A stretch of 64,000 bases of DNA from Nitrospirales bacterium. Its GTDB lineage: Bacteria > Nitrospirota > Nitrospiria > Nitrospirales > UBA8639. The position numbers and the translations under genes were made by a program. The stretch spans positions 192,001 to 256,000 of the forward strand of contig CBDCWC010000003.1 in assembly GCA_965223295.1 (NCBI GenBank), written 5' to 3'. This document shows positions 19,168 through 28,610 of the stretch, piece by piece. Below the pieces are notes generated by a model, which saw only the letters and a list, made by a program, of their open reading frames with translations, was not told where the DNA came from and searched no databases. The number at the start of each line of letters is the position of its first letter. Position 1 is the first letter of the stretch.

Positions 19168-19199
19168 TTCAACGATTACCCGTGTTCTTACGACTTACC
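19168..19199 (+). promoter_or_regulatory. Putative ECF-sigma promoter, copy D
   Basis: TTCAACG-N16-CGACTTACC just upstream of degenerate bEBP 2. Confidence 0.65.
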
Positions 19200-19233
19200 T
19201 ATTGATACGCTTAACGGCAACAGACTTCAAGAA

Positions 19234-19908
19234 GTGAGTCAAAAGATGAAGGGCTATGAAACCTGCAACCCTTACGATTGTAAGGCAACAATGTTCGAAT
19301 TGAGATTAGACATGGGGAAAAAGAGCGAAAACCATAGAAGGATTGCCTTACCATCACAACCCTGGAAGGCGGCTTGGGCCATCGACAAGAGTGAGGATCA
19401 ATTGGCCCATATTGCCGTGGTGGATCCACCTGTATTTTTATGGAAGAACCGAAACGCAGACACCATCACGAGAAATTTCGCTCGTGCTATTCACGAAAAA
19501 AGCCGATTTGCTAAGCAGCCATTTATGACGATCTCCTGTCAATCAAATCCACAGTCTTCCTGGAAACAAGCGATGGCGCAGTTGAAGTTCCGTAGTTCTT
19601 TTGACACGATGAGCATCTCACTGAAAAGTGAACTGGAAACCTGTATCCCCGGGGGCACCCTCTATCTAGATGAGGTCGCAGCCTTACCTTGGGAGCTACA
19701 GCGTGGGTTATTAGCGTTGATTGATCATGACGGGTTGATTCGGTTTGTACGCGCCGATAGACAAGAGGTGGAAGTTCGTATCATCTCAGCCTCAACGATG
19801 GAACTCTGGAACACAATTGCAAAGGGGACGTTGCGTGCAGACCTCTTTTTCCGGCTCAACGTGCTAGCGATGCGAGTCCCCTCCCAAACAGTGAACGTTC
19901 AGGCATAA
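19234..19908 (+). CDS. Stand-alone degenerate sigma54-interaction (bEBP AAA+) domain protein 2
   Basis: PVFLWKNRNADT replaces Walker A; GAFTGA absent; retains GGTLYLDEV and LRADLFFRLN; start uncertain. Confidence 0.78.
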   Translation: MSQKMKGYETCNPYDCKATMFELRLDMGKKSENHRRIALPSQPWKAAWAIDKSEDQLAHIAVVDPPVFLWKNRNADTITRNFARAIHEKSRFAKQPFMTISCQSNPQSSWKQAMAQLKFRSSFDTMSISLKSELETCIPGGTLYLDEVAALPWELQRGLLALIDHDGLIRFVRADRQEVEVRIISASTMELWNTIAKGTLRADLFFRLNVLAMRVPSQTVNVQA

Positions 19909-19931
19909 AAAACATGACGGACAAAAAATCA

Positions 19932-20954
19932 TCACGACTGCCCTAACGTTACGGAAATTGTGCGTTCTGTGTCTCCACGCTGCACTTGCAGAACAACTGT
20001 CTGGCCAGGCTCCGTTCGTTCGATAAGATAGTTTTTCAATTGGGCGGGGGTCGTAATGGGAAACTCATCAATGGCCAGTAAGATATCCCCTTTTCGAAAT
20101 CCAGCATGCCGTGAAGGACCCGTAGCTTTTGCCACGCCTAACACCCAACGGCTTCCTTCCTTAATCGTTTTAAGCTGAATGCCAAGGATAGAAAATCCTG
20201 GAGCTTTACCGTCTACCGCTGCATTGACGACGCGTTTGACTAATCGTCCAGGAAGCGCAAAGCCAAATCGGCTACATCCTCGTTCCGCCTGTAAGTTTTC
20301 CGTTTGAATAATGGCATGAATCAAACCAACCACTTGCCCATCCATATTGAGAAGACCGCCACCGGAGTTGCCACGGCAAGCTGAAAGATCCACTTGTACT
20401 AACCGACTCTGGACAGTCGGCAAGAAGGTGTTCGGATTTCCAACTTTTCCAAAAGACAGCGCGGGGCCTCGGCCCATCGGATAGCCCACGGTATACACGT
20501 TCTCGCCATAGGTTACATCCTGCTCAGCAAATTGCACGGCAGAGACTGGCCAATCCGATTCCTCTCCTTGCAATTGATACACAGCCACATCCATATAAGC
20601 GTTGGCTCCTTGACGAATAGCCGGTAACTCTCTCACATCATCGGTCAGGACATGAATCTCTTCAGGGACACCAACCTTTCCACCTTCTGAACGCTCAACA
20701 GCATGCCGCGCTGTCAGAATAATACCATTCCCTAAATGAATGCCCGTTCCTCGAATCTTAATGGGAACGCCATACCCTTGCTCCTCACTTTCCACGGCAT
20801 TGGCCTGAAGAATACCCACTGTTGCACGCTTCGAACGCTCAATGACCTCAGCCTGACCTTGAGACGATTGTCTCTCAGCAAAAGTTTCAGACAGCCCCAT
20901 GCTCAGATAAACAAGGAGTAAAAAGTAAATAGAGTGCCAAACTCTCATGCTCAA
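19932..20954 (-). CDS. HtrA/DegP-like trypsin serine protease with PDZ domain
   Basis: LTARHAV, DVAV, GNSGGGL triad motifs; C-terminal GFRKGDILLAID PDZ; signal peptide. Confidence 0.9.
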   Translation of the reverse strand: MSMRVWHSIYFLLLVYLSMGLSETFAERQSSQGQAEVIERSKRATVGILQANAVESEEQGYGVPIKIRGTGIHLGNGIILTARHAVERSEGGKVGVPEEIHVLTDDVRELPAIRQGANAYMDVAVYQLQGEESDWPVSAVQFAEQDVTYGENVYTVGYPMGRGPALSFGKVGNPNTFLPTVQSRLVQVDLSACRGNSGGGLLNMDGQVVGLIHAIIQTENLQAERGCSRFGFALPGRLVKRVVNAAVDGKAPGFSILGIQLKTIKEGSRWVLGVAKATGPSRHAGFRKGDILLAIDEFPITTPAQLKNYLIERTEPGQTVVLQVQRGDTERTISVTLGQS

Positions 20955-21014
20955 CCCTCATCAGATTTGGGTATCAAGAAAATGCCTGTTTTGTCTCAGA
21001 ACACTCAAAAACAT

Positions 21015-21593
21015 CTACTGGGCGGCAGCCTCAGTAGAGAGATGGAAGGAAAGGGATCGCAACTCACCAAACAATTCTTTCATCTTCTGAAAAGAATAGT
21101 GCGCATTTCGTCCACTTGGATTCGGCAACACAAAGACCGGAACTCCGGCCAACAGCTCTGAGTGTAGACCCGTCTGCATGGAATGTCGACCTACCCGCTT
21201 TTTGTCACTTCTCGGATGGTCTATGGGCCATAACACTCGGGCGACACTTATCCCCAACACTGCCACAAGTGCAGGCTGATACTGTCGAATTTTTGTGAGT
21301 AATACACGGCGTCCATTTTCAAAATCTTGCCTTGTTAAGTCAGAAATACCTGCCGTGGGCTTGGCAATGAGATTCGTGAGACCATACCCGTAGTCCAGTA
21401 GACGTACATCATCATTGGAAGTCATCATCTGTGGAACAAACCTGGCTTCAAATAGCAATTTCCAAAATCGATTTGAAGGTCCAGCAAAATGATGCCCCAC
21501 CTCAGAAGACCGAAGTCCAGGGTTGATACCAACAAAAAGAATGGACAGACCTGGGGCAAGGTAGTCTGGGAGTCCTCCACGAATACCAGACAT
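21015..21593 (-). CDS. mug: Mismatch-specific uracil/thymine DNA glycosylase
   Basis: LFVGINPG, HHFAGPSNRFWKLL, GLTNL, VLPNPSGRN. Confidence 0.92.
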   Translation of the reverse strand: MSGIRGGLPDYLAPGLSILFVGINPGLRSSEVGHHFAGPSNRFWKLLFEARFVPQMMTSNDDVRLLDYGYGLTNLIAKPTAGISDLTRQDFENGRRVLLTKIRQYQPALVAVLGISVARVLWPIDHPRSDKKRVGRHSMQTGLHSELLAGVPVFVLPNPSGRNAHYSFQKMKELFGELRSLSFHLSTEAAAQ

Positions 21594-21662
21594 AGAATGC
21601 TCTTAAATTGAAAATAACGAAAATTTAGAATGGGGAAACGATAGGAAAGCGAACACCAGAAT

Positions 21663-22313
21663 TTATTGAGCCATCAGTTGCGCTTGAATCTTAGAAAATG
21701 TTTCTTCCGCTTCGGGAAGTAGATCCTCTCGTTGCTGTTCTTTCGCTAACTCCAATGCGCGCTTAGAAAGTTCATAGGCTTCCTGATGTTGACCTCGTTC
21801 TGCACATTGACGAGCCACAACCATTCGAGCATTAATTGATTCTGGCTCTTCTTGAATGACTTGCCGCAACATGACTTCACCTTTCGCGTCATCACCTCCA
21901 AGAAATTCAGGCACCTCTATTAAAATCGTACCCTTAGAAGACAATGCGTCGAGGTGATTGGGGTTCAGGAGTAGGGTTTGATCCAAAGCTTCCATCATCC
22001 GTCCATATTCAAAGGGGGAGAAAAAGACCTCCCCTTCAGCCCTCATGCGTTCGCCAATACTACAAAACAAGGCAAAATGTGCATCGGCAGATTGTTCATC
22101 CATCGCAACGGCTTTTTCTGCTAACACACGCCCACGGTCAAAATGCACCTGCCGAATTTCCGCAGTTTTCGCGCGACGGCCTTTTTGACATTCCTCCATA
22201 GCCTGGGTCGTTAAAACCTGAACAGAATCTTGTGCCCACCCATCCGGCACGCCCACGACACACCACACACACATCACACACAGGCTTATGAATTCATATA
22301 GACCACGTCGCAT
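21663..22313 (-). CDS. Secreted TPR-like helical protein
   Basis: Signal peptide; TPR-like segments AEKAVAMDEQSADAHF, LDQTLLLNPNHLDAL. Confidence 0.65.
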   Translation of the reverse strand: MRRGLYEFISLCVMCVWCVVGVPDGWAQDSVQVLTTQAMEECQKGRRAKTAEIRQVHFDRGRVLAEKAVAMDEQSADAHFALFCSIGERMRAEGEVFFSPFEYGRMMEALDQTLLLNPNHLDALSSKGTILIEVPEFLGGDDAKGEVMLRQVIQEEPESINARMVVARQCAERGQHQEAYELSKRALELAKEQQREDLLPEAEETFSKIQAQLMAQ

Positions 22314-22687
22314 AAACCTCTCCTCAACAGTATCACTTACGGTCGTTACCTTCTCGGCTTTTTTGATGAAATTGTGAGTCCAGCGAGGGGGAAAACTCTG
22401 TGTTTATAGCATATATCCACCTTCTTTGCCAATATTGATGAATCAGCACCATTCCTTGAAATTCTTTGCCGTTTTTTCACAATCGTCGCATGAGGTTAGT
22501 TTTTCTAGTTATTTTTTCCATATGAAAAAGAATTTCTTTACCTTCAGTTCAGTCACAATTCAGTCGAAAAAGAGTCATTAAGCACACAATGCATGAGAAT
22601 GATATGTTCACTGAGAGTCGCTGAAAGTTCTAGCCGACCATCAAGCCCGCAATTCTACAAATTTTCTGCAGAAAGGAAAATCTCGGA

Positions 22688-22855
22688 ATGGAGCAGGAAG
22701 AAATCCGGCAATTATGGGCAGAAGGGGAAGACTGGGTGATTAAACTCCAAAACAATCAGTATTTCCATCGGCCAGATCAAAAGTATGGAGATTGGATCCC
22801 CGGCTTACCACAAGGCGTCTTTCCTTCAGACGTCGCCACGCTCTTCGAGGATTAA
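22688..22855 (+). CDS. Small hypothetical protein (55 aa), below the ORF-track cutoff
   Basis: MEQEEIRQLWAEGEDWVIKLQNNQYFHRPDQKYGDWIPGLPQGVFPSDVATLFED; GAAAGGA RBS; fills an intergenic gap. Confidence 0.65.
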   Translation: MEQEEIRQLWAEGEDWVIKLQNNQYFHRPDQKYGDWIPGLPQGVFPSDVATLFED

Positions 22856-22962
22856 CCACTGCCAGTGAATATCTGATCTCCAGAATCAGATTCCAGGCAC
22901 GAACCACACTCTGTTTTGCGACCCCTCTTCCCAAGTCTACATACTTCCAGCTACGCTGACCC

Positions 22963-23358
22963 ATGCGTTTGCCTGGACGAGTTATCGGTCTCCTCAAAGA
23001 ATACATGTATGATCTCGTGGAACAAGCCAAGCAAGAAGAGGCCGCTCAAGCGGCTTTTGGATTTTCCACACAACCATACCGTCCCGATCAGGCGATTTCC
23101 GACTTGTTAGCGATATTGGATGACCGCATTGAATCGGAAGGCGTCCAAGTGGGCCTCTCCGTGGATTTTCTTCATCAGATGTGGACCTTGTGCAATTCCG
23201 CCAACACAGAAATTTCCAACACCGTCTGGCTCAAGAAAAATATCGACGGAGGGAAAGGGTCAAAAGCGGAAGTACGAAAACAAACTTATCAGGCACTGAT
23301 CACCTATCTTGAATCCCTTCCTGAAGATCATCGGCCAGAAGGCTCCACCCCAAATTGA
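22963..23358 (+). CDS. Hypothetical protein
   Basis: 131-aa ORF with globular, helical composition; no recognised motif. Confidence 0.7.
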   Translation: MRLPGRVIGLLKEYMYDLVEQAKQEEAAQAAFGFSTQPYRPDQAISDLLAILDDRIESEGVQVGLSVDFLHQMWTLCNSANTEISNTVWLKKNIDGGKGSKAEVRKQTYQALITYLESLPEDHRPEGSTPN

Positions 23359-24191
23359 AGCGCGATCCATCCCTCTCTTTTTCTGACGGCGTACTGAACC
23401 CAACCATGAGTCATGAATTTTTCTACGACGTCAAATTGATCTTCTTCCAATAGGCCTGACAAAAACAATTGTGTTCTTGATGCCCGAAATCTTGAAAATT
23501 CAGGAGAGATCTCAAGAATGGTGTTTCGATCGATATTCGCCACAATGATCTCAAAGGCCTCACCAGGAAGTTCATCTATGCGGCAAACCCGTAAGTCAAG
23601 CTCATTCCCAAAACCATTCACAGCGGCATAGTCCCTTGCACAATCAATGGCCACAGCATCATGATCAATGCCTAAAGCCGACATGGCTCCTAGGCGCAAG
23701 GCCACCATACTCAAGAGACCACTTCCGGTGCCAATATCTAAGATTCGACAACCAGGGATAGGAAACAAATCTTCCAGCCATTCAAGAAGCAGGTGTGTTG
23801 TCGCATGATGTCCAGTTCCAAACGCTTGCTTGGGATCAAGCACAATTTCAATTCCATCTTCCGGTAAATCCACCATTGCCCAACTGGGCCATATGCTAAT
23901 TCGTGTGCCGATCCGAATCGGCTTCACTGATGCCGCCCACTGAGCATTCCAATCTTTCGAAGCAACGATGTGTTCTTGAATTTCCTTCTCCGTAATCTTC
24001 GTACCCAGTTGAGCAAGTGCTTCATGAATGTTATGAGCCCTATCGTTCCCACTCCCCTCCCAATACATGATCAGCGATTCATTCTCCTCCCATAGACCCA
24101 AAAACTCTGGACAGGCCAGGAGCCCCGATAGCTCACCGCCATCCACACAGGCAGGAATAGTCACTTGAAAAATTGAAGAAGACTTAAGCAT
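23328..24191 (-). CDS. prmA: Ribosomal protein L11 methyltransferase
   Basis: LDPKQAFGTGHHATT, ILDIGTGSGLL, IVANI, LFLSGLL. Confidence 0.92.
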   Translation of the reverse strand: MLKSSSIFQVTIPACVDGGELSGLLACPEFLGLWEENESLIMYWEGSGNDRAHNIHEALAQLGTKITEKEIQEHIVASKDWNAQWAASVKPIRIGTRISIWPSWAMVDLPEDGIEIVLDPKQAFGTGHHATTHLLLEWLEDLFPIPGCRILDIGTGSGLLSMVALRLGAMSALGIDHDAVAIDCARDYAAVNGFGNELDLRVCRIDELPGEAFEIIVANIDRNTILEISPEFSRFRASRTQLFLSGLLEEDQFDVVEKFMTHGWVQYAVRKREGWIALQFGVEPSGR

Positions 24192-24240
24192 GCAGATATT
24201 TGACGGAGATACTAATAGGGGCTAATGTCTCCAACTGGTA

Positions 24241-24426
24241 CTGTTGAATAATTCACTTTCAAGTTACAAAAAGGCCTTCAGAGCCATGATAACTTCAATT
24301 CGACGGAAATGGTCAAAAAAGTCCGTCCAGCAAGGCCGCAACTATTTTTGCGCGCGGAGCGTACTGGCACTACGTGAGCACGGAAAAATGGCGAGAACGC
24401 CGCTGGCGGCTTTTTTCACCATTCCC
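24241..24426 (-). repeat. MITE/REP-like element copy (reverse orientation)
   Basis: Reverse complement of the family core: AAAAAGTCCGTCCAGCAAGGCCGC...GAGAACGCCGCTGGCGGCTTTTTTCA. Confidence 0.85.
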
Positions 24427-24433
24427 TAACTGT

Positions 24434-26284
24434 ATGCATAGCCCACGGACTGACCAGCGAGAACAAGCTTTAACCCGACTCCTGCGTCGGGCTAATCGGT
24501 TAGTGATACAAGGAAAGGCCGCGAGTCAGCGATTCAGTCGTTGGAGGCTAACTATTTTTTTACTCGGCACAGCTGTCTGCATTGGCTTCTATCAATATGC
24601 ATGGTTTCATAGCGGTAATTTCGCATTATTGATTTTTCTGACAATTTTTCTCACAACCACTTGGTTCCATCAACAATTAAAATTCCGCCTACATCGTCTA
24701 GACCTTTGGATCACGATCAAAAAAGATGTGTTGGCGCGGTTGCAGTTGCATTGGGACAAAATGCACGTTCAGACCCATCAACCGCCACCTCACCACCCCT
24801 ATGCTTTAGATCTGGATCTTGCCGGCCCCCATTCTCTATTGAGTCTTCTTGATACCACATTTTCATCGAGTGGCCGCACCCAACTTCGAGACTGGATTTT
24901 TCAGGCAAACGATCCCCGACCCGACGAACTAAACTGGAAAGACCGGCAAACGTTCGTACGTGAACTGACACCGCTCTCTCGTTTGCGAGACCGATGTCTC
25001 CTCGCCACGCGCCTTATAAGCCAACACCCATTAGATGGTACCCGCATTCTTTCACTGCTCCAAGAACCCATCGCCATTCGCAATCTTGCCATGACCGTGG
25101 TAGCGACTTCCAGTCTCTGCGCCCTCACAATTATATTAGGTCTCTGGACGCTCTCTACCGGAGCACGAAATCTATGGGTATTGACCATCCTCATCTATGG
25201 CGGCTTGTATTTTTCTTTAGCCGGCTCAATAGGCCCGCTCTTTGGTCGAGTCCTGGCGCTTCATGTTGAACTGGAAAAACTCGCCAGCGTCATGACGATA
25301 CTTGAACAATCAACCTTTACTCATGCACCAACAATCCGGCAACAATGCCAAGAGCTCCTCACACATGCGCAGCGACCAACCACCTGTCTCAAGCAATTGG
25401 GGCGCATCTGCCAAGGGCTCAGTGTCAAAGCGCACCCGCTGATTCATCTGGCCTTGAACGCCCTTATTCCATGGGACCTTGTATTTGTCAGAAGATTAGA
25501 TCGACTCATCAAGAACTTGCAACATATACTTCCGACATGGTTAACGATTATCGGCAGATTAGATGCCGCGAGTGCGTTGGCCAGATTTGCCTACATCAAT
25601 CCTGACTATCAATGGCCTCACTTGGAAGTTGTCACGGAGACAGACCCACAACCTGGAATCACCACACAAGAACTTGGCCATCCACTCATTGCGCGTCAAC
25701 AGCGAACCGTTAACGATCTCACATTACGCGGAGAAGGCCATATTCTCTTGGTCACTGGGTCGAATATGGCAGGAAAAAGCACGTTCCTCCGAACTGTGGG
25801 CATCAACCTCTGCCTCGCCCAAGCCGGCGGGCCAGTCTGTGCCGCCACATTCTCATGGTCCTGGCTAGAACTCTATTGCTGTATCCGTGTGACAGATGCC
25901 TTGGATCAAGGGCTTTCGTACTTTTATGCTGAAGTCAAACGGCTGAAACTCATTTTAGATGCGGTACAAGCCATCACCACCCAACCAGTTTTGTTTCTCA
26001 TTGATGAAATTTACCGGGGGACCAACAATCGTGAACGACTGGCAGGCAGTGAAGCCTTCGTGAACGTGCTTCAACAAAGTCGTGGGCTCGGCATGATCTC
26101 AACGCACGATTTGGAACTCACTCGTCTTGCCGACAACAACGGCCACATTCGAAACGCACATTTTCAGGAATCAGTAGAAAATGGCACACTTCAATTTGAC
26201 TATAAATTACGCCCAGGCCCGTGTCCCACGACTAATGCTCTTCGCATCATGGCTCAAGAAGGCCTGCCCGTTCCGAAGGAATAG
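24434..26284 (+). CDS. Membrane-anchored MutS-family (domain V) ATPase
   Basis: N-terminal TMs; GHPLI, TGSNMAGKSTFLR, SYFYAEVKRL, FLIDEIYRGTN, STHDLEL. Confidence 0.88.
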   Translation: MHSPRTDQREQALTRLLRRANRLVIQGKAASQRFSRWRLTIFLLGTAVCIGFYQYAWFHSGNFALLIFLTIFLTTTWFHQQLKFRLHRLDLWITIKKDVLARLQLHWDKMHVQTHQPPPHHPYALDLDLAGPHSLLSLLDTTFSSSGRTQLRDWIFQANDPRPDELNWKDRQTFVRELTPLSRLRDRCLLATRLISQHPLDGTRILSLLQEPIAIRNLAMTVVATSSLCALTIILGLWTLSTGARNLWVLTILIYGGLYFSLAGSIGPLFGRVLALHVELEKLASVMTILEQSTFTHAPTIRQQCQELLTHAQRPTTCLKQLGRICQGLSVKAHPLIHLALNALIPWDLVFVRRLDRLIKNLQHILPTWLTIIGRLDAASALARFAYINPDYQWPHLEVVTETDPQPGITTQELGHPLIARQQRTVNDLTLRGEGHILLVTGSNMAGKSTFLRTVGINLCLAQAGGPVCAATFSWSWLELYCCIRVTDALDQGLSYFYAEVKRLKLILDAVQAITTQPVLFLIDEIYRGTNNRERLAGSEAFVNVLQQSRGLGMISTHDLELTRLADNNGHIRNAHFQESVENGTLQFDYKLRPGPCPTTNALRIMAQEGLPVPKE

Positions 26285-26406
26285 TGAAAAGTTAGAAGTA
26301 AAAAGAGGGGTGACGAAAAAACGAAAAGCAATAAGAAGGCTTGAGATTTCAGACACAAACCTAGTCTTTGGCGCAGCAAAAAGTACTACTACCTTTTTAC
26401 TTTTTC

Positions 26407-26679
26407 TTACGGCGCAATCAGCCCGCCACTCTGGGCTTGATCAGTTTTTGAACCAGTCGACGTCCCACATTGCGCACAAATATATTCGTAGAGATTCCCA
26501 CTGGGCAGGACCAACAGCAACCGCTCGCGAGCAGGAGTGGCCGTCTGACATTTGGGACAAAACAGCAACGAAGCCCGAAGCGAGTCAAACTGCTTGGGAT
26601 CATCTTCAGGCGCTGGAGGACGGCGGGGCCGCATTCCATGAGTGGGACGTGAACCGCCAGGAAATGGAGGCATCGGCAT
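26407..26679 (-). CDS. Small zinc-ribbon protein
   Basis: CPKC...YICAQCG pair; start uncertain (26679, 26673 or 26634). Confidence 0.65.
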   Translation of the reverse strand: MPMPPFPGGSRPTHGMRPRRPPAPEDDPKQFDSLRASLLFCPKCQTATPARERLLLVLPSGNLYEYICAQCGTSTGSKTDQAQSGGLIAP

Positions 26680-26732
26680 GGCTGTGATCTTATCCAAGCA
26701 ATCCCCATGGGTCAAGAATATCGCACATCATG

Positions 26733-27175
26733 CCTCATCTCACCTCTGTTCTACTCCTCTCCCTAGCAGTGAGAGGATAAAGGTGAGGGTGGAGAGTTTC
26801 AACAATCGATGAGCATCAATTGAAAGTCTCCAGGCCTTTTAATGCCTTACCCCTCATCCCAACCTTTTCCCTACTGGGGAGAAGAAGAACAAAGAAAAAT
26901 GGACGTCTTTGGCACACCGAAATCCTAGGGTATTGTCACTTTCAACTGGGAGCTCTCAAAATTCCTTCTCCTTGAGTTTCACCAGGCAACAGACCGTTCC
27001 AACTTTGACGAGCTCAGCATGAATGGTTTGAAGGAGCATCAGCTGTTGTGCAACATGCAGCAGGACCAGCTTCCGTAGGGGGTCGACCCAAGGAGTCGGT
27101 CTCAAGTACCTGCTATTTCTTGGAATCAATATTCAATACTCTCATCGGGTAGATTGACCGATAGGTGCCCGACGC
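26733..27175. repeat. Cluster of degenerate palindromic REP-like repeats
   Basis: CTCTCCCTAGCAGTGAGAGG..GGTGAGGG; CCCTCATCCCAACCTTTTCCCTACTGGGGAGAAG; TTTGACGAGCTCAGCATGA; GTAGGGGGTCGACC. Confidence 0.5.
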
Positions 27176-27230
27176 AATAGATTATAATCCTTGACTATAG
27201 TCCTCATGTTTATGAACGAAGATAGATATT

Positions 27231-27473
27231 ATGGAAACCGTTCCAATTTCCAAATTTAAAGCCACGTGCCTGGCGCTGTTAGATAAGGGCAAGCGTACTG
27301 GACAGCCAATCCTTGTCACTCGGAAAGGTGATCCTATCGTCCAAGTCAGTCCTCCGACTCCATCTCCTCCAACCAAACCCTGGCTCGGTTCAATGAAAGA
27401 GACGGGGGAAATCCATGATGATATCGTGGCGCCACCAACCGATTAGGCAGAGTGGGACGCTCTGAAACTTTGA
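27231..27473 (+). pseudogene. Phd/YefM antitoxin, probably C-terminally truncated
   Basis: ISKFKATCLALLD...ILVTRKGDPIVQV; TAG at 27444-27446, read-through gives AEWDALKL-TGA overlapping the toxin start. Confidence 0.7.
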
Positions 27474-27868
27474 ATCTGTTACTTGATACGCATATTTTTT
27501 TGTGAGCGCTGCTCGAACCTTCTCGACTCAGTTCACAGGTCAGAATCGAACTGGAAAACCCAAACAATAGTCTGAGGCTCTCTGCACTCACGACATGGGA
27601 AATCTTCGTCTTGTCCGACAAACGAAAGATTACCTTGACGTGCAATCCTCTTGATTGGATTCAAGACGCCTACAAACGAATTCCTTGTCATGAAGCTCCA
27701 CTCAATCGTGAAGTGGCCATCCAATGTCGCAAGCTCATTCTCTCTCACCAAGACACCGTCGATCGTTTTCTGGGTGCAACAGCCCAGGTATATGGGCTCA
27801 CTCTCGTCACCGCCGACAAATGGTTACTGCAATCGCACGAGTTTGCTACGCTTTCTAATTCCGCATAG
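27470..27868 (+). pseudogene. VapC/PIN toxin with in-frame stop
   Basis: MNLLLDTHIFL*ALLEP...WEI...HQDTVDRFL...LTLVTAD; TGA at 27503-27505 at the conserved Trp position. Confidence 0.85.
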
Positions 27869-27950
27869 CGCCTTCTATCAACTTGCCTAGTGTTGTCGTT
27901 TCACAGCGCAACGAGGCCTCTACCTTCACCCAAGTCCACCTAAAAACCGT

Positions 27951-28187
27951 TTATCGTTCATCACCAGGGAGCGGCCTGCGATTCGGCACCTTTGCCAAAA
28001 TTTTCTTGAGGGATTTGGTTTTGGCGCGACTAGCTCGTTCTTTGAGATAATCTTCAGTCATAATGGCGGAAATTTTTTCCGTCACTGCAGTTGAAATGAA
28101 CTGATTAATCGAGACACCTTCTTTTTTTGCAACCTCTTTGATATGTCGATGGATAGAATCTGGGAGTCGTAAATTTAACGCACTCAT
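27951..28187 (-). CDS. Ribbon-helix-helix (HicB-like) antitoxin
   Basis: LNLRLPDSIHRHIKEVAKKEGVSINQFISTAV. Confidence 0.85.
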   Translation of the reverse strand: MSALNLRLPDSIHRHIKEVAKKEGVSINQFISTAVTEKISAIMTEDYLKERASRAKTKSLKKILAKVPNRRPLPGDER

Positions 28188-28541
28188 TTTTGAGCCTCCA
28201 ATATTTTTTGGGGAGTGATCGCCTTAATTCCAAATTGCCGAATATCCTCAAAATCTTTTACATTGTGGGTAATGATGGTTGAGGATTGAGATGCCACAGC
28301 CAACTCCAACACATGATCGTCTTTCAGATCTGGCAATACGGTCGCCATAAAAAAAGATAGGAAAATGATCGCTTATGTTACACAAGGTATCGAGGAACTC
28401 CTCTATTTCTCCTATACGTAAATTCAACTGCGCCTTATTCCTCTTTAAAACATCTTCATATTCAAATAATAGTACCGTGGAAAGGCTTATACGTAAGATT
28501 CCCTTCTCAACCAACCGCAGAACCTGAAATCTCCTTAGCAA
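28184..28541 (-). pseudogene. PIN-family toxin, 5'-truncated and frameshifted
   Basis: LLFEYEDVL..IFF / LWRPY / LPDLKDDHVLELAVAS..ITHNVKDF split over three frames near 28335-28355; stop overlaps the antitoxin ATG. Confidence 0.8.
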
Positions 28542-28610
28542 AACGCTCTCTACCTAAGAACCTGGCCTTTTAAACAAAAACGTACTTTTCTTGAATATGA
28601 TCAAAATCAC

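Noticed and set aside
24244-24433. Short ORFs and N-terminal extensions reading through the repeat (also at 29708, 34190, 43209)
   Set aside because: Translations of the repeat element (e.g. RTPLAAFF), not genes
27444-27505. Stop-codon recoding (TGA/TAG read-through) in the Phd-VapC pair
   Set aside because: Other genes in the window use TGA and TAG as normal stops, and the toxin has further motif decay; pseudogenisation is simpler
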